Shown: positions 45,201-46,350 of the stretch, one piece after another
Numbering within the stretch: the first letter of the stretch is position 1
How the letters are laid out: the number at the start of each line of letters is the position of its first letter
Assembly (NCBI GenBank): GCA_023267755.1
Contig: JAHFMR010000005.1
Location: 1-46,350 of the forward strand
Length of the DNA: 46,350 nt
Reading direction: 5' to 3'
Source: a bacterium
GTDB taxonomy: Bacteria; Patescibacteriota; Minisyncoccia; Phycocordibacterales; Phycocordibacteraceae
Notes under the pieces: generated by a model
What the model saw: the letters and a program-made list of their open reading frames with translations, nothing else
The model's database searches: none
Told to the model about the DNA's origin: nothing
Made by a program: the position numbers and the translations under genes

Positions 45201-46350
45201 GCCACGCCGGCGGCGCCGGTTGAGTAGAGGAGGTTGGAGGAGGAAGGCTGGGTGGTGGTGGCGAGGCCGGTGTACGCGATAGTGGAGTTCCCGCTACCAC
45301 CCACGAGTGCGCCAAGTGCCGACCCGACGAAAGGTCCAGTGAAGGTGAGAGTGGTAGTACCAACACTGGTGAGATTGTTCGTGCCGTTGCCGTAGAGAAG
45401 CTGAGAGGAGGTGAATGTGGCAACGCCAGTACCGCCACGTGCGACACCGAGCGTGCCGGAAGTGAATCCAGAGATATCGGTGGAGGTTGCGATGAAGGCG
45501 AGGCCGTTTGTCGTGTTGCTCCAGCCAAGTACTCGCCCGCCAGTGATGCCTGCGCCGAACATCGTGGAAGTGGCGATGAATGAAGGGGCGGTTGAGCCAG
45601 GGGCGGCGTTGGCGAGAACACCGTTCGCTGCCGTGCCCCACGACGTGGCATTGCCCGAACTGGTAACGACGCCAGTGAGGTTTGCGTTGGTAGTGACAGT
45701 CGCCGCGTTCCCACCGATGGAGAGCGAGGAGGTGGCGGTGGTGACGAGGGCGCCAGCATTGTTGGTATAGAGGATCTGGTTGGCGGAGAAGGAGGTGACG
45801 CCGGTGCCGCCTCTGGCGATGCTGAGGGTGCCGGTGGTGAACTGGGAGATGTCAGTGGAGGTGGCGATAAAGGCGAGGCCGTTTGTGGCGTTGCTCCAGC
45901 CGAGGACCTGGCCGCCGGTACCGGTGCCATACAGGGTGCTCGTGGCGAGCGGTGCAGCAGTGTTGCCGTTCGCCACTGAACCGAGAACGCCAGCGTTCAT
46001 AGTGCCCCACGACGTGGCGTTGCCAGAGCTGGTAACCACGCCAGTGAGATTGGCGTTGGTAGTGACGGTCGCCGCGTTTCCCCCGATGGAGAGCGAGGAG
46101 GTGGCCACTTGAGCGAAGGCGGTGCCGGCTGCATCAGTATAGAGGAGACGATTGCCGGTGAGGGAGGAGAGACCGGTACCGCCGTTTGCAATCGCCGCGA
46201 CACCAGTGATGTTCGCTGCCGTGCCCCCGATGTTGAGCGTGCTGGTGGAGAGTGCGGTGACGTTGCCGGCGGCTCCTGTGGAGTTGCCGAGGATGGTGTT
46301 GGCCGCTATCTGTGGAAGCTGAGAAAGGGAGAGTGCGTTGGTGGCAATGC
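39290..46350 (-). CDS. giant tail-fibre-like surface protein, 5'-truncated by the window edge (>2,350 aa)
   Basis: I translated 46109-46348 by hand. The frame stays open to the window end, so the track start at 46108 (a GTG) is internal. Contains 123-aa GGTG repeats, VGIGTTSP motifs, two 7-blade propeller-like arrays and a Pro/Thr-rich tail. Confidence 0.9.
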   Translation of the reverse strand, partial: IATNALSLSQLPQIAANTILGNSTGAAGNVTALSTSTLNIGGTAANITGVAAIANGGTGLSSLTGNRLLYTDAAGTAFAQVATSSLSIGGNAATVTTNANLTGVVTSSGNATSWGTMNAGVLGSVANGNTAAPLATSTLYGTGTGGQVLGWSNATNGLAFIATSTDISQFTTGTLSIARGGTGVTSFSANQILYTNNAGALVTTATSSLSIGGNAATVTTNANLTGVVTSSGNATSWGTAANGVLANAAPGSTAPSFIATSTMFGAGITGGRVLGWSNTTNGLAFIATSTDISGFTSGTLGVARGGTGVATFTSSQLLYGNGTNNLTSVGTTTLTFTGPFVGSALGALVGGSGNSTIAYTGLATTTQPSSSNLLYSTGAAGVAGVATTSVTCSGTVSCSGFNVLGTSPVTINGTGGAGVPNLVYTSFGGTNYYTASSTVTDNLAWYFKNGFVVNGNATTTSTGNFTTNGSIGVGTTSPMSLLAVNSTTGASVLTVSNNTVTGHFGMHTTGVTTLDIGTQSLHDISLETNDTTRMTITSTGNVGIGTTSPGTIFSVNSIANFAAATTTFYSTGGGLNISSGAAVCYAINGTCINSGTASAQGNTGAVQFANGAAFSGDNANFFWDATNKRLGVGTSSPLATLSASSTSAVIAAAIIDQRGAGGLLALQQAGVDKFTVANSGGLTINAATSDTVKTTTADFQGGIGGASTLATTTTTNGYITIQDGVIPGDGSIAASSTATFATMGAGGHVIMRSDGKYVIINGGGTTVSVWNGYSNTVTTLPNSTLGQTPQSGALSLKRPDGKYLVITSAGNPNCNVNTIIDPYGIAPAVAAPTAGLPTNCPSTSGTNALLRPDGKYLVWWAGNTVTFIYDPTANTFTAGPTISSIGVGSHAVQRDDGTFLIYIGNGTATQIYNPYNNTLTTGPTAPATIAAGAFSIRRADGMFLTIPGAITTSFVYNPVGTTTPNGAGAFSSALSGAGLGPSSALADGAQAVWRQDGKYTLITANTTVVNVIDAGAGMPGATVGAQNPVFTNPGGSLALSGAAGAGMVAFMTPDGRYAIARGGGTGLDIYDMNFVTGTNRANTQDAYYESECIDNTNLSPNSTLNWTQNTEGTIQAQVRTVTSPAACSSGTYRNIANSGDLINATTTADNRIQFKFTFQRELPRFLDQEWGIRKGSMTRYRRVNADPVLYDITVDNGAVLHRSQFDFGNTVSSSTATASGPVMVNISNDKNNANALALSAGVGWGSTINTTNATFYNGAFASSSPLQVATASTTVVMKRPNGQFVIISGNPTLNSQIYDENTSTTTLRTAAPQVPTVALGIGGFAFKRPNGTFLVVMGAGASATSTTNIYDPVGDTFVAGPSLASVSGTTGAGIGASAIPLPNGRVLIVHGGGTAQTSIYDPVNNTMTMGPTPTQVVGPGSMSIPRPDGTYLFIPGMSAVNQGTMCGTLSTVTNLFNPYTMVFTATGAPAITGNGPGAFAFQRKDGQWVIVRGSATTLTCVGLLATQIYNPFTNALTMPAGAPLVTAVGVGLGAGAIPRPDGTWLLTAGGGGALFAPQPVTNIYNEQAGNTGSTGVLGNIGLNTAGPSVGNGTNSGSVTFQRSDGKFVVIMGAATTTTSNAVMTYDAGWVPSGIYKSEQFDLSSVGTKLDSNSTLMWRSNMFSTALGGISAEVKTAPTQAALATSTTREVSNSGGLINPAATDTWLQINFNFRRTFPSYSGIYTDTWNNNGGSAMAFPQRPVATPVLYEYKVTKDKDLINLQADGLSVFRVTSGGDIFAQTGGTINTSGADLAERYTSQVELQKGMVVSIDPQNNHGVMPSKYQYQPDMLGVVSTDPGFVAGAYTENSYPIALIGRVPVLVSTENGMIRTGDYLTAASVPGYAMKATLSGRVLGKALESVDPAKLIDCPASEYQMERKCTTIMMFVNMIDYTGQSVDLAMSDWKSTHTNALTTLGAQVGLDVATSTDSGNGLVGSGATAVIQSHDQEVLGFLAALKEERGKGVSAPSEIFTDKISAVSSVISPEFIANAVHTSALTTDTISGSTVGSLALSIVGDKLVVHGVKATQTLSLATSTALASALDAFASTTHQDASTTDAIASTTLVVADASDIVISFDTTGNAYFAGEVVAQKVSTGALAVSGAASFTGGLQVTDLGSASTTINIMSDTAFFGRPYFTTDTGGSAVIKAGAQSVDVTFGRDYIEQPIVTSSMSFNDASTTDADISKLFDANIQFIVTKKSVHGFTIVLNKKAPADISFNWIALAIKDSKEFTSRTVVSETVPVADVSTLPIGTTTPPEEVQSASTTPAVDTTASTTDQASPPTTVPEEQIVTLIEPPTEPPPEPTVPPNDITTLP
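45371..46350. repeat. 369-bp (123-codon) tandem repeats at the 5' end of the giant gene
   Basis: Units at about 45371-45739 and 45740-46108, plus a more divergent unit running to the window edge. The same landmark (gtgccccacgacgtggc) occurs at 45633 and 46002, giving a period of 369. Confidence 0.85.

Noticed and set aside
45371-46350. Possible CRISPR array or DGR template/variable repeat pair because of long direct repeats.
   Set aside because: The 369-bp units are contiguous, in-frame and translated as protein repeats, with no short repeat-spacer periodicity. Differences between copies are not restricted to adenines. No reverse transcriptase or cas gene is in the window.

Overview
This window is a gene-dense bacterial chromosome segment of mixed composition. 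Hand-counted 60-nt samples give about 55-60% GC in the core and about 40-45% in several blocks. Gene content suggests a small-genome Patescibacteria/CPR-like organism, but that is an inference. Supporting genes are tsaD, valS, lepA, murJ, class II RNR nrdJ, an O-antigen-ligase-like/TPR protein and beta-lactamase-like hydrolases, with no biosynthetic operons. TGA acts as a stop codon, so the standard code 11 applies. I can support about 40 CDS, six tRNAs (Glu, Ser, Val, Phe, Arg, Gly), RNase P RNA, a RelB/RelE-type TA pair, an IS200/RayT-like Y1 transposase homolog and a small GIY-YIG nuclease gene. There is no rRNA, CRISPR array or integrase. The most striking structure is a near-gapless minus-strand gene string of at least 19 kb (27423-46350). 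It starts with a giant tail-fibre-like repeat protein of more than 2,350 aa that runs off the window. It continues through wall-enzyme-like and Ig-like secreted proteins and a cysteine-less thioredoxin-fold protein. It ends in a fragmented sensory module: a Cache protein with no transmitter, a PAS-only protein, a binding protein with no transporter, a histidine kinase, a receiver-only regulator and DUF192. Other items worth a second look are a low-GC two-gene islet between tRNAs (wHTH-like plus TIGR02391-like), a GIY-YIG gene bracketed by an 18-nt duplication of the tRNA-Gly 5' end, and a perfect 41-nt palindrome in-frame inside tsaD. Also notable are a duplicated tRNA-Glu 3' end with long hairpins, two unexplained structured intergenic regions, and promoters placed for leaderless translation. 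All functional calls come from motif recognition by eye; no database or HMM search was run.
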